Positions 61,331 to 64,000 of a DNA stretch of 64,000 nt are shown in pieces. Within the stretch, counting starts at the first letter, position 1, and each line of letters opens with the position of its first letter. Position numbers and translations under genes: made by a program. The stretch is taken from contig NW_005434651.1 in assembly GCF_000315625.1 (NCBI RefSeq), positions 251,051 to 315,050 of the forward strand, written 5' to 3'. The DNA is from Guillardia theta CCMP2712. Lineage: Eukaryota; Protista; Cryptophyta. The notes below the pieces were generated by a model. It was not told where the DNA came from and ran no database searches. It saw only the letters and a program-made list of their open reading frames with translations.

Positions 61331-63445
61331 ATGCGAACTTGGGGAGCTCTCTTGTGCTGGATCCTTGCGTCCTGGTTGCTGTCAGCAGCGAGCTTCAACC
61401 AGCATCTCAGTAGCAGGGGAACAGGACGGGAGGGACCAAGACTTGGTACCGTCGCCTCCCATTTGACATCCGGACCTCGAAGGCTGCACCTTCGAGGAGG
61501 AGGCGACGAGGATGTCAGGGAGGAGAGAGAAATGGAGGGTGGGGGAGGTGGGGGAGGCTCTTCTCCCCCATCGAGGCACGTGAACGAGTGTGCAGGGGCT
61601 GACTTCGAGGCTTCGGACGAAGACATGTTCGACGACAGAACTGTGGAGATGTGAGGATGAGAGATGCGAGTAGTCGAACAATCTCAGTGAGATGTTCTTG
61701 TTGCAGAAGCAAGTGTGTCATGGACCTGACGGCGCATGCTCGCAAGAGGACTGAGGTTGACTCCGAGAACGCGAACATGGCAGGAAAGTACCTCGACATT
61801 CATGTCGGACAAAGTGCAAGCGCTGAAGACCTGAAAGAGAAGATGGTTCATCAGCTCAATGGAACCTTGGTGACCTCCATCCCCTCCTTTCCCCCTTCCC
61901 CTTCCCCTTCCCCTTCCCCTTCCCCTTCCCCTTCCCCTTCCCCTTCCCCTCCTCCTTCCCCTCCCCTCGCCGCCTCTGCTCTACAGTACTTTGATCTCCT
62001 CGCATTTTGTCCACCCTCATCTCGTCTGCCCTCTGCTGCCCCCCCCTCTCTCCTCGTGTCTCCTCACGCGGCTCCAGCTGGTTCCCGTCCACTTCAACAC
62101 TCTAGCCCAGGCCTTGGCTTCCTGTCCCAGCGGTGGGAAGATCGCGCTGCAAGCCGACAACTACAACTTGTCGCTCTATCGTGTCATCGTCCCCGAAGCG
62201 GTTCTCCTCCTCACCCTCCCCCTCCTCCTCCCCCTTCTTCTCCTCTCAGCTTCACTGCTTTCCCCTTCCTCCTTCGAGCTCTAGTCTGCTTTTTTCTTCT
62301 TCATCACCTCATCAAATAGTTTCACGTCTCCATCCTCTCGTTCAAGGGCAAGGTGGAACGCTGCTCACGAGGTGAAGTCGATGAAGCATGCGCGTGGAGT
62401 TGGCCGAAAAAACAGGAGGAGGAGGAGGGAGTTGAGGAGGAGGAGGAGGAGGAAGGGGAAGGGAGCCGGGGGGGGAGGGAGCCGGGGGGGGAGGGAGCCG
62501 GGGGGGGGAGGCTGAAATGTTGGCAGCCAAGATCAGCACCAGGTGGGAGCTGCTCGTCGGCTCGCAAGGGACGTTTGAGGCCATGGCGTTGATGCACAAA
62601 CCCGAGATGGAGGAAAGAAGCGGAGGAGGAGGGGAAGGTGGAGGAGGAGAGAGGTTAACTCTCTTGCAGGAGGAGGTCAACTTCCGGGTGCTTGGAGGTC
62701 CCTGGAAGTTCGTGGCATGCAGTATTCGAACTGTGCCAGACAAGCAAGGAAGTTGCGTCAGGTAGCGGAGGATTTGGAGGAGCACGATCGAGTCGAAGAT
62801 GAGAGGGAGGGGGGGAGAGAAATCGAGCGTAATGCAAAGAGCAATCAACGATCTCGATGACTAGCATAAGGCGATGACTGTAAAGGGAAGGAGGGAGGGA
62901 GGAGAGACGGAGAGACGGAGAGAAGAAAAGGCGCTGTGGGGGCAAGGCGAAGAGGAGAAGGAATCAACACTGCTCTTCATGCCGCTGACTTCGAGGCAGT
63001 ATTGGTGTTCCTGTGCTCGCCATGGGCTTCAGCGAAGTTTCGCTTGTGTACTGCGAGATCGGCATGCACACGAGGAGGAGGAGGAGGAGGAGTGACGGTT
63101 TGGCAGGAGGAAACCGAGATAGGCTCTGCTCCGAGTGCGTGTGTGGAATCGATGAATCTGTCTGGCTCCCCTCCCTCCCTCCCTCCCTCCCTCCCTCCCT
63201 CCCTCCCTCCCTCCCTCCTTCCCTCCCTCCCTCCCTCCCTCCCTCCCTCCCTCCCTCACTCACTCACTCACTCACTCCCTCACTCCCTCACTCACTCCCT
63301 CCCTCCCTCCCTCCCTCCCTCACTCACTCACTCACTCACTCCCTTCTACTCACATCGTTCAATGCAGGTCATCGAGATCGTCGCTTGCTCTTTGCGTTTC
63401 GCTCGATTCTCCTGCTTGAAACTTCTCGACGCCTCTGTGTGTGAC
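61331..63445 (+). CDS. Signal-peptide protein with right-handed beta-helix-like domain, multi-exon (probably continues 3')
   Basis: MRTWGALLCWILASWLLSAAS signal, LHLRGG; LVPVHFNTLAQALASCPSGGKIAL (beta-helix cap-like); WKFVACSI, VSLVYCEIG, IEIVACSL strands; microsatellite-filled introns. Confidence 0.55.
63167..63341. repeat. Intronic (CCCT)n/(CACT)n microsatellite
   Basis: Direct. Confidence 0.9.
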
Positions 63446-64000
63446 GTCAGTCTGTCTCACTTTCGGTACCACTCCTCCGCCACCTCTCTTCCTCCTCCTC
63501 CACCTTCTCTCTTCCTCCTCCTCCACCTCCTCTTCCTCCTCCTCCTCCTCCTCCTCCTCCTCCTCCTCCTCCTCCTCGGAATCTATCTTCTCTACGTCTG
63601 CATTTTGTTTTTCTGTTGTCTTTCAATGTCAACCACTCATCGCTCATCTCACTTCGTTCCTCTCTTCGGCTTTCGAGCACTTCAATCGCTGACTTCAATC
63701 CTCAGAGACGCAGGTTATGCCATTTCCCTTACGAGTTCGTGCAACGTCACTGGTGACTCCCTCTTCCCTTCCTCCTCTCCCCCTCACATTCTCCTCTTCC
63801 CCCTCAACCTCCTTCCTCCTCTCTACCTCGCGCTCTTGCTCTCCCTCGTCACCCACATCCCTTCTTGGCTTTCGTTGTCTTGCCCTCCTTCCTGTCGATT
63901 GCGCACTTGCTGCTCTTGTTTGCTGTCACTCAGCGGTTTCTCAGCGGTCAACTCCTCCTTCTCGCGCCTGCTCTTTGCCTCCTTCGTGACTTCCGACGAG

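Overview
Eukaryotic nuclear DNA, gene-dense, with many short (~45-70 nt) GT-AG and some GC-AG introns and microsatellite-filled longer introns. The style is most consistent with a cryptophyte alga (inference only). Genes I can support: a secreted unknown protein (5' part in window); two tRNA-Lys(CTT) genes in an inverted repeat; a spliced fusion of two GT49 (LARGE/B4GAT1-type) glycosyltransferase domains with a PL14-like polysaccharide lyase; sedoheptulose-1,7-bisphosphatase; two divergently oriented collagen + triple-Cys-repeat genes with a homogenised last exon; a GT13 POMGNT1/GnT-I-like enzyme; an ~18 kb single-pass receptor (EGF, mucin, cadherin-like, IPT, REJ, GPS); a KOW-like protein; a histidine acid phosphatase; a Rab8-like GTPase; a NIPA/DMT transporter; duplicated intronless TKL kinases; four 68-77 aa microproteins sharing a C-terminal helix (two in a 561-bp inverted repeat); and a beta-helix-like secreted protein. 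Most notable: the GT49-GT49-PL14 fusion and its cell-surface glycan neighbourhood, the collectin-like pair, the microprotein cluster, repeated inverted duplication with conversion, and a recurring three-tier intergenic pattern centred on GC-rich GTCAC/CCGG islands. Exon boundaries were read by eye and family calls come from motif recall, not database searches.
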